DNA from: Candidatus Sericytochromatia bacterium
Lineage (GTDB): Bacteria; Cyanobacteriota; Sericytochromatia; S15B-MN24; UBA4093
Assembly (NCBI GenBank): GCA_036676985.1
Contig: JAKFBU010000053.1
Coordinates: forward strand, 1 to 59,706
Reading direction: 5' to 3'
Length of the DNA stretch: 59,706 nucleotides
In this document: positions 28,672-38,232 of the stretch, in pieces
Position numbering within the stretch: the first letter of the stretch is position 1
Layout: every line of letters begins with the position of its first letter
Notes under the pieces: generated by a model
What the model was told of the DNA's origin: nothing
Database searches by the model: none
The model's input: the letters and a program-made list of their open reading frames with translations, nothing else
Position numbers and translations under genes: made by a program

Positions 28672-29808
28672 GTGGAAATGACCTCGACCATCGCCCCGTC
28701 TTACTCCGCCACCCTCGACGCCCTGATCCGGGACGTCGTCGCGCCGCATGCGGTGCATGTCGACGAGGCGGGGGCGTTTCCCAAGGAGGGCATCGAGGCC
28801 CTGAAGCGCTCGGGGCTCTTGGGCCTCATCAGCGCCAAGGAGGTCGGCGGTTTGGGCGAAGGCCATCGTGCCGCGGCCCACGTGGTCGAGCAGCTGGCGC
28901 AGGTGTGCCCGTCCACGGCCATGGTCACGTGCATGCACTACTGCGCGGCGGCCGTGATCGAGGCCTTCGGGCCCATGGAGCTGCGGCAGGCGATCGCCCG
29001 TGGCGAGCACGTCTCGACCCTGGCCTTCTCCGAGGCCGGCTCGCGCAGCCACTTCTGGGCTCCGGTCAGCACGGCCGTGGTCTCGGGTGACCAGGTGGTG
29101 CTGGAGGCCAAGAAGAGCTGGGTGACGTCGGCGGGGCATGCCGACTCCTACGTCTGGTCGAGCCAGGCGGCCTCGGGCGAGGGCAACAGCATCTGGTTGG
29201 TGCCCTCGAACGCGCCGGGCGTGACGGTCGCGGCTCCCTTCAACGGCCTGGGCCTCCGCGGCAACGCGTCGTCGCCCGTCACGGGCGAGGCGGTCAAGCT
29301 TCCCCTGAGCCATCGCCTCGGTACTGACGGCCAGGGCTTCGAGATCATGATGCAGGTGGTGCTTCCCTACTTCAGCCTGATGAACGCGGCGGTGAGCGTG
29401 GGCATCAGCGAGGCGGCCACCAAGCGCGCGGCGGCTCACTGCGCGGGCACGTCCTTCCAGCACCTCTCGAGCGCCCTGAGCGACCTGCCCACCATCCGCG
29501 CCTACCTCGCCCGCATGCGGGTCAAGACGGACGCGGCCCGGGCGCTCCTGGACGACGCCCTGACGGCCCTGGAGTCGGGCAAGCCCGAGACCATGCTGCG
29601 GGTGCTCGAGGTCAAGGCGCTGGGCGCCGAGACCTCGACGGAGGTCACGGAGCTCGCCATGCGGGTCTGCGGTGGCGCGGCCTACCGCAAGGAGGTCGGT
29701 GTCGAGCGCTGCTTCCGCGACGCGCGGGCCGCGACGGTCATGGCTCCCACCACCGACGTCCTCTACGACTTCATCGGCAAGCTGGAGTGCGGCCTGCCCC
29801 TCTTCTAA
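28672..29808 (+). CDS. Acyl-CoA dehydrogenase-fold flavoprotein lacking the canonical catalytic Glu
   Basis: AFSEAGSRSH, KKSWVTSAG, GLGLRGNAS, ERCFRDARAATVMAPT; GTG start 8 nt after AGGAG (ATG 28678 is an alternative). Confidence 0.88.
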   Translation: MEMTSTIAPSYSATLDALIRDVVAPHAVHVDEAGAFPKEGIEALKRSGLLGLISAKEVGGLGEGHRAAAHVVEQLAQVCPSTAMVTCMHYCAAAVIEAFGPMELRQAIARGEHVSTLAFSEAGSRSHFWAPVSTAVVSGDQVVLEAKKSWVTSAGHADSYVWSSQAASGEGNSIWLVPSNAPGVTVAAPFNGLGLRGNASSPVTGEAVKLPLSHRLGTDGQGFEIMMQVVLPYFSLMNAAVSVGISEAATKRAAAHCAGTSFQHLSSALSDLPTIRAYLARMRVKTDAARALLDDALTALESGKPETMLRVLEVKALGAETSTEVTELAMRVCGGAAYRKEVGVERCFRDARAATVMAPTTDVLYDFIGKLECGLPLF

Positions 29809-29899
29809 TCAGAGGAAACGCCTCCCCACCTAACGCCCCCCTAGCAGGGGGGATGGGGGGGTAGACGAGTAGCCGCTTGAGTAGTTGAAAGGAACCCCC

Positions 29900-30766
29900 A
29901 TGCCCACCGCTTCCCTGAACACCACCCTTCCCGAAATCCCCTGGGCCGGCAGGGACGTCATCCGTCTCGGCTGCGTCGCCTACGACCCCAAGGCCGTCAC
30001 CATCTGGGAGGTCATCAAGGAGTACTTCCTGAACAAGGGCGTCCCCATGGACTTCGTCCTCTTCTCCAACTACGAGTCCCAGCTCGAGGCCCTCCTCGAG
30101 GGCGTCGTCGACATCGCCTGGAACACCCCCCTGGCGCACGTCAAGGCCCAGCTGCGCACGGGCGACACCTGCCTGGAGCTTGCCATGCGCGACGTGGACG
30201 CCACCTTCGCCTCCAAGCTCATCGTCCGCACGGACGCGGGCATCGAGTCGCTGCATGACCTGCACGGCAAGACCCTCGCGCTCGGCAGCGCCGACAGCCC
30301 CCAGGCGGCCATCCTGCCCGTCCACTTCCTCGCCAAGCAGGGCGTGGACCTGAGCCAGGTCGAGCTCTTGCGCTTCAACACCGACGTGGGCAAGCACGGT
30401 GACACCGGCACCAGCGAGCTCGACGTCCTCAAGGCGCTCGCCGACGGCAAGGCGCACGCGGGGACCGTGGGCGACGCCACCTGGATCAAGATGGTCGAGG
30501 CGGGCCAGGTGAACACCAAGCAGCTCAAGGCCATCTGGACCTCGCCCACCTTCTCGCACTGCTGCTTCACCGCGCTCGGCACCATCGACCCGGGCATGGC
30601 CAAGGCCTTCACCGAGACCTTGCTCAAGATGGACTACAACAACCCGCAGCACCGCCATGCCATGGATCTCGAGGGCTGCAAGGCCTGGTTGCCCGGCCGC
30701 AAGGAGGGCTACGAGTGCACCTACGAGGCCATCCGCGAGCAGAACATCCCGCTCGGGAGGGCCTAG
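29900..30766 (+). CDS. PhnD/SsuA-like (PBP2-fold) substrate-binding protein without signal peptide
   Basis: NYESQLEALLEGVVDIAW, SKLIVRTDAGIESLHDLHGKTLALGSADS; no hydrophobic N-terminus; RBS GAAAGGA. Confidence 0.82.
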   Translation: MPTASLNTTLPEIPWAGRDVIRLGCVAYDPKAVTIWEVIKEYFLNKGVPMDFVLFSNYESQLEALLEGVVDIAWNTPLAHVKAQLRTGDTCLELAMRDVDATFASKLIVRTDAGIESLHDLHGKTLALGSADSPQAAILPVHFLAKQGVDLSQVELLRFNTDVGKHGDTGTSELDVLKALADGKAHAGTVGDATWIKMVEAGQVNTKQLKAIWTSPTFSHCCFTALGTIDPGMAKAFTETLLKMDYNNPQHRHAMDLEGCKAWLPGRKEGYECTYEAIREQNIPLGRA

Positions 30767-30768
30767 GC

Positions 30769-32031
30769 ATGGAGACGGATCGGTTCACGGCGGGCGCCAC
30801 CACCTTCGGCGGGGATCTGGACTGCGGCAGCGGCCTCCTCATGCTCATCCGGGCCGGGCTGGATCGGCTTGAGCCCGGGCAGGTGCTGGAGGTCGTGAGC
30901 ACCGAGCCGTCCGTCTGGCATGACCTGCCGGCATGGTGCCGGGTGAACGCGCATCCTCTGGTGGGGGCCGTGCCCGACGGCGATCGGACCCGGTACTACG
31001 TCCAGAAAGGGACGGTCTCGCGGGGCGAGGCACGCCCCGACTGGGGCGTGCAGGTGCCTTTGCGGAACGGCAAGGAGCTCGACACGGCGGACTGGTTTGT
31101 GGGCAGGGTCGGCGACGTCCCTGACCATGCCGCGACCACCGACGGCTTCGCGCCGCGCGGCTCGGTCCTGGAGCCCGGGGCGCCGGACTACGACTTCTTC
31201 ATCAACGACAAGGACGAGGTCTGGGCCGACAACATCGCCGAGCTCTACGAGCAGGCGACGGCCGGTCAGTGGGACGCCTCGCGGGACATCCCCTGGAGTC
31301 ACCTCAAGCCTCTGCCCGAGCCCATGGAGCGGGCGGTCTGCCAGATCATGACCTTCCTGGCGGAGAACGAGTTCTCGGCGCTGTACGTGCCGGGGAAGTT
31401 CATCAGCCGCATCAACCCGCGCTACCAGGAAGTCGTCATGTTCCTGACCACGCACATGATGGACGAGGCGCGGCACATCGAGGTCTTCACCAAGCGGGCG
31501 ATGGCCAACGGTGGGGGGCTCCAGTACTCGGCGGCCTCGAGCCAGCTCTCGCTCAAGACCCTGTTCGACCAGACGGACTTCTCGAGTGCGAGCTTCCTGT
31601 TGAGCGTGCTCGGCGAGGGGACGTTCGTGGACCTCTTGCGGTTCATCCAGGACCACGCGCCGGAGGCCGTCACGGCGGAGATCGTCCGGCGGGCGCGGAT
31701 CGACGAGACCCGGCATGTGCACTTCGGCGTGGCGCACGTGCGCCACTACCTGAAGGCCGATCCGGCGAATGCCCGGAAGCTGATCGAGGCCTCTCACGCC
31801 CGGGCGGCGGTCATGGAGTCGGTGGCGGGGATCAACCCGATGGTGCAGGAGGCGCTGGCCATCCTCGCGGGCGGGGGGATCGAGCCCGATCAGGTCCAGG
31901 TGGGCCTGGCGCGGGTGCGGCTGTTGATGAAGACCATGCACGAGAACCGGATCAAGCGCCTGGTGACGGCGGGCTTCACGCCCGAGCAGGCGCAGGAGCT
32001 CTCGGAGCTGCACACTCCGAACTTCATGTAG
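30769..32031 (+). CDS. TusA/SirA-like domain fused to a ferritin-like diiron-carboxylate domain
   Basis: GGDLDCGSGLL..LEPGQVLEVVSTEPSVWHDLPAWCR (TusA fold); ligand set ENE, DEARH, GEG, DETRH. Confidence 0.85.
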   Translation: METDRFTAGATTFGGDLDCGSGLLMLIRAGLDRLEPGQVLEVVSTEPSVWHDLPAWCRVNAHPLVGAVPDGDRTRYYVQKGTVSRGEARPDWGVQVPLRNGKELDTADWFVGRVGDVPDHAATTDGFAPRGSVLEPGAPDYDFFINDKDEVWADNIAELYEQATAGQWDASRDIPWSHLKPLPEPMERAVCQIMTFLAENEFSALYVPGKFISRINPRYQEVVMFLTTHMMDEARHIEVFTKRAMANGGGLQYSAASSQLSLKTLFDQTDFSSASFLLSVLGEGTFVDLLRFIQDHAPEAVTAEIVRRARIDETRHVHFGVAHVRHYLKADPANARKLIEASHARAAVMESVAGINPMVQEALAILAGGGIEPDQVQVGLARVRLLMKTMHENRIKRLVTAGFTPEQAQELSELHTPNFM

Positions 32032-32045
32032 GGCCTGTTTCTTAA

Positions 32046-32226
32046 AGGAACCGTTCGCACTTCAAGAGCCTCAGTGTGAACGGATTTTAGTTGGCCTCAA
32101 GGGGGGGCTGCTCAAGCCAAAAAGAGATACCGCTAAGGGGAGCCCGCTCAAGCCAAAAAGAGAAGCCGCTCGAGACATCCACGACCAACCGTTCACCCTG
32201 AGGCTCTCGAAGGGCGAACGGTTCCT
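32046..32226. repeat. REPIN/MITE-like element: 38-bp imperfect terminal inverted repeats around a 36-bp tandem duplication
   Basis: 32046-32083 versus the reverse complement of 32189-32226 (3 mismatches); duplicated unit at 32099-32134 and 32135-32170. Confidence 0.8.
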
Positions 32227-32261
32227 CCAGTGCATGATCCTCACTGGAGCAGGCCCTTGAC

Positions 32262-33356
32262 CTATTGCTCGTGCCGCGCCCCGATCCCCTGCCCGACCAT
32301 GTCCCGCCAGAAGGGCAAGGTCTCCGTCACCACCGGCACGGTCCCATCGCCCACCTGCACCTCCAGCCGGGTGCCGGGCTCCACGTAGGCCCCCTTCACG
32401 AACCCCAGCGCCACGCCTGCCGCCACGCTCGTCACGACGCCGACCTTCTGCCCGTCCGAGCGGATCTCGGCCCCCTCCTCGGGCGCCGGGCCCGAGTAGC
32501 GCAGGCCCGTCAGGTAGCGCTGGACCTTGTCGTAGTTCGCAAGCCGCGCAATCACTTCCTGCCCCAGGTAACAGCCCTTGCGCATGCTCACCGAGTCCGT
32601 GAGCCGGGCCTCCCACGGGTTCACGTCCGGCCCGATCTCGTGCCCGAAAGTCGGGATGCCCTGCTCCACCCGCAACTGCTCCCACGCGTCCTGACCGATG
32701 GGCAGGACGCCCTTGGCGTCCGCCTCCTTGGCCAGGGACTCGAACATGGCCTTCGCGTCGTCCTTCGTCACCAGGAAATGGAAGCCCTCACCGAAGGCGG
32801 GCCAGGTCCGGGTCACCGTGACCCCGACCCCGCCGACCTTCGCCTTGACCGGATCGTGCATGGCCCAGTCCGGCTGCAGCCCCGTCGCCTTGGCGACGAC
32901 CGCCCGCGCATACGGGCCGAACAGGTAGGCGAGCCCCAGCTCCTCGGTCTCGTCCGAGAACGCGACCTCCACGTTGAGGAGGTACTTCTTCAGGGCCGAG
33001 CGGATGGCCCCCACGCGCCCCGGGTGCGTGAACAGCAACAGCCCGTCCGCCTCGCGCTGCACGAAGACGTGGTCGATCATCGTGCCCTTCCACGTCGTGA
33101 CGGCCGCCTGCATCCCCTTGCCCGGTGCGAGCGTCTGCAAGTTCTGGGTCGTGTAGTTGTTGACGAACTCGATGGCGTCCTTGCCCGTGATGCGCAGCTT
33201 GCCCCAGTTCGAGCGATCGACGAGCCCGCCGATGGCGCGGCCGCGGCCGATCTCCTCGGGCACGGGCAGGTACAGCATGGGCAGCGTCCAGCCCTCGTAG
33301 TCGGCAAAGACGGCGCCCATGCGGGTTTCGGCGGCGAGGAAGGGCGTGGTGGGCAT
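32262..33356 (-). CDS. ygfZ: YgfZ / GcvT-family folate-binding Fe-S maturation protein
   Basis: Signature KGCYLGQEVIAR; GcvT-like N-terminus; last gene of the isc operon. Confidence 0.88.
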   Translation of the reverse strand: MPTTPFLAAETRMGAVFADYEGWTLPMLYLPVPEEIGRGRAIGGLVDRSNWGKLRITGKDAIEFVNNYTTQNLQTLAPGKGMQAAVTTWKGTMIDHVFVQREADGLLLFTHPGRVGAIRSALKKYLLNVEVAFSDETEELGLAYLFGPYARAVVAKATGLQPDWAMHDPVKAKVGGVGVTVTRTWPAFGEGFHFLVTKDDAKAMFESLAKEADAKGVLPIGQDAWEQLRVEQGIPTFGHEIGPDVNPWEARLTDSVSMRKGCYLGQEVIARLANYDKVQRYLTGLRYSGPAPEEGAEIRSDGQKVGVVTSVAAGVALGFVKGAYVEPGTRLEVQVGDGTVPVVTETLPFWRDMVGQGIGARHEQ

Positions 33357-33383
33357 TGGGAACTCCTTTTCAGGACAGCAGCG

Positions 33384-33686
33384 TTAACCGAGACCCTTTT
33401 GCGGGGGCATCCGCACGACGATGTCGCCGTAAACCTTGGTCTGGCAGGCGAGCCGGCTCTTGAGCGTGGGCGCCTCGGCGCAGTCCACCCGGTCGGCCTC
33501 GGCATCCTCCTGCTCGGAGGTATGCTCCATGCCCGCTTCCACGTAGATGTGGCACGTGGTGCATGCGCAGAACCCCCCGCAGGCATGGTCCAGCATGATG
33601 CCATGCTCCAGGGCCGCATGGAGTACGTCCTGACCGGCGGGTACGTCTATCGTCTTGTTGATCGGGAGATAAGTAATCTTTGGCAT
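33384..33686 (-). CDS. fdx: ISC-type [2Fe-2S] ferredoxin
   Basis: HACGGFCACTTCH..SRLACQ. Confidence 0.93.
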   Translation of the reverse strand: MPKITYLPINKTIDVPAGQDVLHAALEHGIMLDHACGGFCACTTCHIYVEAGMEHTSEQEDAEADRVDCAEAPTLKSRLACQTKVYGDIVVRMPPQKGLG

Positions 33687-33695
33687 CTTCGTGTC

Positions 33696-35531
33696 TTACG
33701 GCTTGAGAAACTTGTCGACCCGCGTGCCGGAAACGGCCCCCTCGAGCGCGAGCGTCATCACGAGTTCGGCCAGGTGGCGCGTGGTCCCTTCCAGGGAGTC
33801 CTTGGCCGCGCGGATGGCGTCCGGGCTGTCGCCCGCGAGGGTGCGCTGCATGTGGGCGATCGCGCTGTCCACCAGCTCCCGCTCCTCGGGGGCCAAGGCC
33901 TCGGCCGCCGGCGTCGCGAGCGCCTTCTCGGTCGCCTGCAACAGCGGCTCGGCCTCGGTCCGGGCCTCCAGGAGGGCGCGCGCATGGCGATCCTCGCTGG
34001 CATGCAACATGGAGTCCTGCAGCATCTGCTCGATCTCGGCCGCCTCGAGCCCGAAAGTCGGCTTGACCTCGACCTCCTGGACCGTGCCGGCGCGCAGGTC
34101 GCGGGCCGTCACGTGCAGCACGCCGCTCGCGTCCACGGCGAACTTCACGTCCACCCGGGGCCAGCCCGCCGGCGCCGGGTCGATCGTCACCTCGAAGCGC
34201 GCGAGGCTCCGGCAGTCCGCCACGAACTCGCGCTCGCCCTGCACCACGTGGATGACGACCGCCGTCTGGTTGTCCACGTAGGTGGTGTAGAGCTCGCTCG
34301 CGTAGGTGGGAACCTTTTCGTTGCGCGGGATGAGCTTGCTCACGGCCCCGCCGATGGTCTCGATGCCCAAGGAGAGCGGGACCACGTCCAAGAGGAGCAC
34401 GTCCGAGCGCTCGCCAGCGAGCACGTCCGCCTGCACGGCGGCCCCCAGGGCCACGACCTCGTCGGGGTTCAGGGAGTCGTTGGGCGTCCGCCCGAAGAGC
34501 TCGGAGACGAGCCGCTTGACCATGGGCACGCGGGTCGAGCCGCCCACGAGCACCACGTCCCGGATCCGGTCGGGGGTGACGCCCGCGTCCGCGAGCGCCT
34601 GCCGGCAGATGGCCACGGTCTGCGCGAGGATCGGAGCGGCCAGGCTCTCGAACTCCAGCCGGGTCACCGGGTGGCTCCAGGCTCCGCCGAGGGCCGGGTG
34701 ATCGACCAGGGCGACGGCCTCGGGCGCCTCGGACAGCGCCTGTTTGACGCCCTCGGCCGCGCGACGCAAGAGCTCGTGCGCGTCATCGATCCGCGCGGCG
34801 TCGAGCCCGCGCTCGGCCTGCAAGGCCTGCGCCAGGTGGGCCATGAGCGCGCGGTCCAGGTCGTCGCCGCCCAGCTCCGTGTCGCCCGCCGTCGCCAGGA
34901 CCTCGAAGACGCCGTCCTGCAGCTTCAGGATCGAGACGTCGAAGGTGCCGCCCCCGAGGTCGTACACGGCAACCAGGCCGTTCTCCTTGCGATCGAGGCC
35001 ATAGGCGAGGCAGGCGGCGGTGGGCTCGTTGACGAGCCTGAGCACCTCGAGGCCCGCGAGCTTGCCGGCGAGCAAGGTCGCCTGGCGCTGGGCATCGTTG
35101 AAGTAGGCGGGAACGGTGACGACTGCCTGCTTGACGCCCTGCACGAGGTTCAGCTCGGCGATCGCCCGCAGCTTCTTGAGGATGAGGCTCGACAGCTCGA
35201 CCGGCGTGAACCGGCGGCCGGCGAGCGTGAGGCGGATGGTCTCGGCGGTGCTGCCCGCGAGGTCGAACGGCAGCTTGTCCTGGAGGGGGCCGAGGTCCGC
35301 GAGCCCGCGCCCCATGAGGCGCTTGACCGAGTAGGCCATGCGGCGCGGGTCCGCGAGGCCCACGTCCTGGGCGGCGCGCCCGACCACCACGCGGTTGTCC
35401 GCGCCCATGGCCACCACCGAGGGCACCAGGCGGCTCATGTCCGCGTCGGGCAGCACCACCGGGTGCCCCTTCTCCACCACGGCCACCAGGCTGTTGGTCG
35501 TGCCGAGGTCGATGCCGACGATGCGTGCCAT
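33696..35531 (-). CDS. hscA: Fe-S chaperone HscA (Hsp70 family)
   Basis: True start [14 protein letters not shown]; [20 protein letters not shown]; isc operon context. Confidence 0.92.
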   Translation of the reverse strand: MARIVGIDLGTTNSLVAVVEKGHPVVLPDADMSRLVPSVVAMGADNRVVVGRAAQDVGLADPRRMAYSVKRLMGRGLADLGPLQDKLPFDLAGSTAETIRLTLAGRRFTPVELSSLILKKLRAIAELNLVQGVKQAVVTVPAYFNDAQRQATLLAGKLAGLEVLRLVNEPTAACLAYGLDRKENGLVAVYDLGGGTFDVSILKLQDGVFEVLATAGDTELGGDDLDRALMAHLAQALQAERGLDAARIDDAHELLRRAAEGVKQALSEAPEAVALVDHPALGGAWSHPVTRLEFESLAAPILAQTVAICRQALADAGVTPDRIRDVVLVGGSTRVPMVKRLVSELFGRTPNDSLNPDEVVALGAAVQADVLAGERSDVLLLDVVPLSLGIETIGGAVSKLIPRNEKVPTYASELYTTYVDNQTAVVIHVVQGEREFVADCRSLARFEVTIDPAPAGWPRVDVKFAVDASGVLHVTARDLRAGTVQEVEVKPTFGLEAAEIEQMLQDSMLHASEDRHARALLEARTEAEPLLQATEKALATPAAEALAPEERELVDSAIAHMQRTLAGDSPDAIRAAKDSLEGTTRHLAELVMTLALEGAVSGTRVDKFLKP

Positions 35532-35574
35532 TCCCTTATGCTCCTCCCGGTCGCCCGACCGTGCAGTCCACCAT

Positions 35575-36132
35575 TCAGAACCCGGCCGCCATGAGCTGGG
35601 TGTCCAGGTCGCGCCGCATGGCGCGCAAGTAGCTGAGATCCCCCACCAGCCGGGCCAGCTGCTCCCGCAGGGGGCCGCGCTCGGTGGCCGCGAGGGCGTC
35701 GTGCTCGTGCGCGAGCTCGCCGAGCCGGCTTTCCCAGTCGGCGGCCAGTCCCTTGAGGTCCGTGCGCAGCTCCGTGAGCCGCACCAGCGCCGCGTCGCAA
35801 ACGCCGCCTTCGCGCAGCTCCTCGCGCGTCTCCTGGATCTCGAAGTACTCCTCGGCGAGCGCCACGGGCACCTGGGCCCGGGACAGGTCCGCGCCATGGG
35901 CGGCGAGCAGGTAGCGGGTCCGCTCCCAGGGATCCTTGAGGGTGCGGTAGGCGCGGTTGACGAGCTCCATGCGCTCGGCGGCCTCCGCCTGGGCCTCCGG
36001 CCCCTTGGTCGCGAAGCGGTCAGGGTGATGCGCCCGGGCGAGCGCATGGTAGCGCGCGTCGAGGTCCTGGCGATCGAGCTCGAGCCGTTCGGGCAGGTCG
36101 AAGAGGTCGAAGAAGCTCGGCTCGCCCGGCAT
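35575..36132 (-). CDS. hscB: Co-chaperone HscB
   Basis: J-domain [20 protein letters not shown]. Confidence 0.92.
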   Translation of the reverse strand: MPGEPSFFDLFDLPERLELDRQDLDARYHALARAHHPDRFATKGPEAQAEAAERMELVNRAYRTLKDPWERTRYLLAAHGADLSRAQVPVALAEEYFEIQETREELREGGVCDAALVRLTELRTDLKGLAADWESRLGELAHEHDALAATERGPLREQLARLVGDLSYLRAMRRDLDTQLMAAGF

Positions 36133-36133
36133 C

Positions 36134-36529
36134 TTAGGCCTCCTGGCCGGTGGCCTTGCGCTGGTAGTCGCCGATGGCCTTGCGGATGGCGTCCTCGGCG
36201 AGCACCGAGCAGTGGATCTTGACGGGCGGCAGCGCCAGCTCGCGCACGATGTCCGTGTTCTTGATGGCGAGGGCCTCGTCCAGGGTCTTGCCCTTGAGCC
36301 ACTCGGTGGCGAGGCTGGAGCTTGCGATCGCGCTGCCGCAGCCGAAGGTCTTGAACTTGGCGTCCGAGATGACGCCCGTCTCGTCGTCGACCTTGATCTG
36401 GAGCTTCATGACGTCGCCGCACTCGGGCGCGCCGGAGATGCCCGTGCCCACGCCGGGCTCGTCCTTGGCAAAGGAGCCGACGTTGCGCGGGGACTCGTAG
36501 TGGTTGATGACCTGATCGCTGTAGGACAC
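36134..36529 (-). CDS. iscU: Fe-S scaffold IscU
   Basis: [35 protein letters not shown]. Confidence 0.96.
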   Translation of the reverse strand: MSYSDQVINHYESPRNVGSFAKDEPGVGTGISGAPECGDVMKLQIKVDDETGVISDAKFKTFGCGSAIASSSLATEWLKGKTLDEALAIKNTDIVRELALPPVKIHCSVLAEDAIRKAIGDYQRKATGQEA

Positions 36530-36538
36530 GGTGCGCTC

Positions 36539-37765
36539 CTAGTGCGCCTGCCACTTGATGGTGGACAGGTCGTAGCCTTCCTTGTGCATCTCGTAGAGGG
36601 GGGACATGTCGCGCAGGCGGCGGACCTGCTCGATGACCACCCGGGCGGTCTCGTCGATCTCCGCCTCGGTGTTGAAGCGGCCGATCCCGAAGCGCAGCGA
36701 GGTGTGCGCCAGGTCGTCGCCGACGCCGAGGGCCCGGAGCACGTAGCTCGGCTCCAAGGAGGCCGAGGTGCAGGCCGAGCCCGAGGAGACGGCGATGCCC
36801 TTCATGCCCATCATGAGGCTCTCGCCCTCGACGAAGGCGAAGCTCATGTTCAGGTTGCCGGGCAGGCGGCGGGTCGGATGGCCGTTGAGGTAGACCTCGT
36901 CGAGGGCCTCGGTGATCGTCTGGTAGAGGCGATCGCGCAGGTCCGTGAGGCGCTTGATCTCGGCCGCGAGGTCCTGCTCGGCGACGGCACAGGCCGCGCC
37001 CAGCCCCACGATGCCCGGCACGTTGAGGGTGCCGCTGCGCATGCCGCGCTCGTGGCCGCCCCCGTGCATGAGGGGGGCGAGCCGCACGCGCGGGTTCTTG
37101 CGGCGCACGTAGAGGGCGCCCACGCCCTTGGGACCGTAGAGCTTGTGGGCCGAGATCGACAGGACGTCGATCTGCATGGCGTTCACGTCCACGGGCACCT
37201 TGCCGACGGTCTGGGCGGCGTCCACGTGGAAGAGCGTGCCGTTCTTCCGGCACAGGGCGCCGAGCGCCGCCACGTCCTGCAGCGTGCCGATCTCGTTGTT
37301 GCCGTGGATGACGCTCACGAGGATGGTGTCAGGCCGGAGCGCCGCCTCGAGGGCCGCCGGGTCCACCAGGCCGAAGCGGTCGACGGGCAGCACCGTCACC
37401 TCGAAGCCCTGGCGCTCCAGGTGGGCGCAGGTGTCGAGGGTGGCCTTGTGCTCGATGGCCGTCGTGATGAGGTGCTTGCCCTTCTCGTGGTAGAGCTCGG
37501 CCACGCCCTTGAGCGCCAGGTTGATGGACTCGGTGGCGCCCGACGTGAAGATGATCTCCTTGCCCGAAGGCTCGCCCCGCTCGTCCTTGGCCCCGATGAG
37601 GCGCGCGATCTGGACGCGGGCCTTCTCGACGGCCTCCTCGGCCGTCCAGCCGTAGGCGTGGTTGCGGCTCGCGGGGTTCCCGAAGCGCTCGGTGAAGTAG
37701 GGCAGCATGGCCTCGAGGACCCGCGGGTCCACGGGCGTGGTGGCATGGTTGTCGAGGTAGATCAT
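36539..37765 (-). CDS. iscS: Cysteine desulfurase IscS
   Basis: [38 protein letters not shown]; ATGA overlap with the iscR stop. Confidence 0.96.
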   Translation of the reverse strand: MIYLDNHATTPVDPRVLEAMLPYFTERFGNPASRNHAYGWTAEEAVEKARVQIARLIGAKDERGEPSGKEIIFTSGATESINLALKGVAELYHEKGKHLITTAIEHKATLDTCAHLERQGFEVTVLPVDRFGLVDPAALEAALRPDTILVSVIHGNNEIGTLQDVAALGALCRKNGTLFHVDAAQTVGKVPVDVNAMQIDVLSISAHKLYGPKGVGALYVRRKNPRVRLAPLMHGGGHERGMRSGTLNVPGIVGLGAACAVAEQDLAAEIKRLTDLRDRLYQTITEALDEVYLNGHPTRRLPGNLNMSFAFVEGESLMMGMKGIAVSSGSACTSASLEPSYVLRALGVGDDLAHTSLRFGIGRFNTEAEIDETARVVIEQVRRLRDMSPLYEMHKEGYDLSTIKWQAH

Positions 37766-38208
37766 CCGGCACCTCCTGGGAGCTCGGCGAAGAGGGCGCG
37801 CGACCGGTCGTCGGCGGCGAGGCCGGCGAGCGTGTAGCCCGCGAGCACCTCCAAATAGCGGTTCTGGGCGACCTGCAGGGCCCCCTGGATGGCGCAGCCG
37901 CTGCGGAAGCAGGCGTAGGGCTCCTTGGCCGTGCAGTCGTTGACGGCGATCTCGCCCTCGATGGCCTCGACGATGGACCGCAGCGTGATGGCCTCGGCAG
38001 AGCGGGCAAGCTCGATGCCGCCCGAGCTGCCGCGCTGCGAGCGCACGAGGCCCGCGCGCACCAGCAACGGCACCAGCTTGCACAGAAAGGAGGCCGGAAT
38101 CCCCTCGCGCTCGGCGATGCCGGCGCTGTCCAAGAGCTGCCCTGCCGGCGCCTTGGCCAAGGAGAGCATGGTGAGGATTCCGTATTCGGTCGCTTTGGTG
38201 AGTTTCAT
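37762..38208 (-). CDS. iscR: Rrf2-family regulator, IscR-like
   Basis: [18 protein letters not shown], three C-terminal Cys (C-x7-C-x4-C); first gene of the isc operon. Confidence 0.85.
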   Translation of the reverse strand: MKLTKATEYGILTMLSLAKAPAGQLLDSAGIAEREGIPASFLCKLVPLLVRAGLVRSQRGSSGGIELARSAEAITLRSIVEAIEGEIAVNDCTAKEPYACFRSGCAIQGALQVAQNRYLEVLAGYTLAGLAADDRSRALFAELPGGAG

Positions 38209-38232
38209 GGCCTGGTCCCGGGCGGTCGGCGC

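Noticed and set aside
28672-32031. Selenocysteine recoding in the three-gene cluster
   Set aside because: No in-frame TGA; the genes end in TAA or TAG.
32099-32170. Direct repeats with 36-nt period as a possible mini-CRISPR
   Set aside because: Only two units, contiguous with no unique spacer, no cas genes; better explained as a tandem duplication inside the REPIN-like element.
32265-35594. 1109-aa + strand ORF and other long antisense ORFs (e.g. 41845-45117, 56592-58517)
   Set aside because: Shadow ORFs expected from high GC3 codon usage opposite real genes; no recognisable motifs.
33696-37253. 1185-aa ORF that looks like a giant HscA fusion
   Set aside because: The upstream part is an alternative frame over iscS, iscU and hscB with Arg/Pro/Gly-rich junk composition; HscA starts at 35531 with its own RBS.
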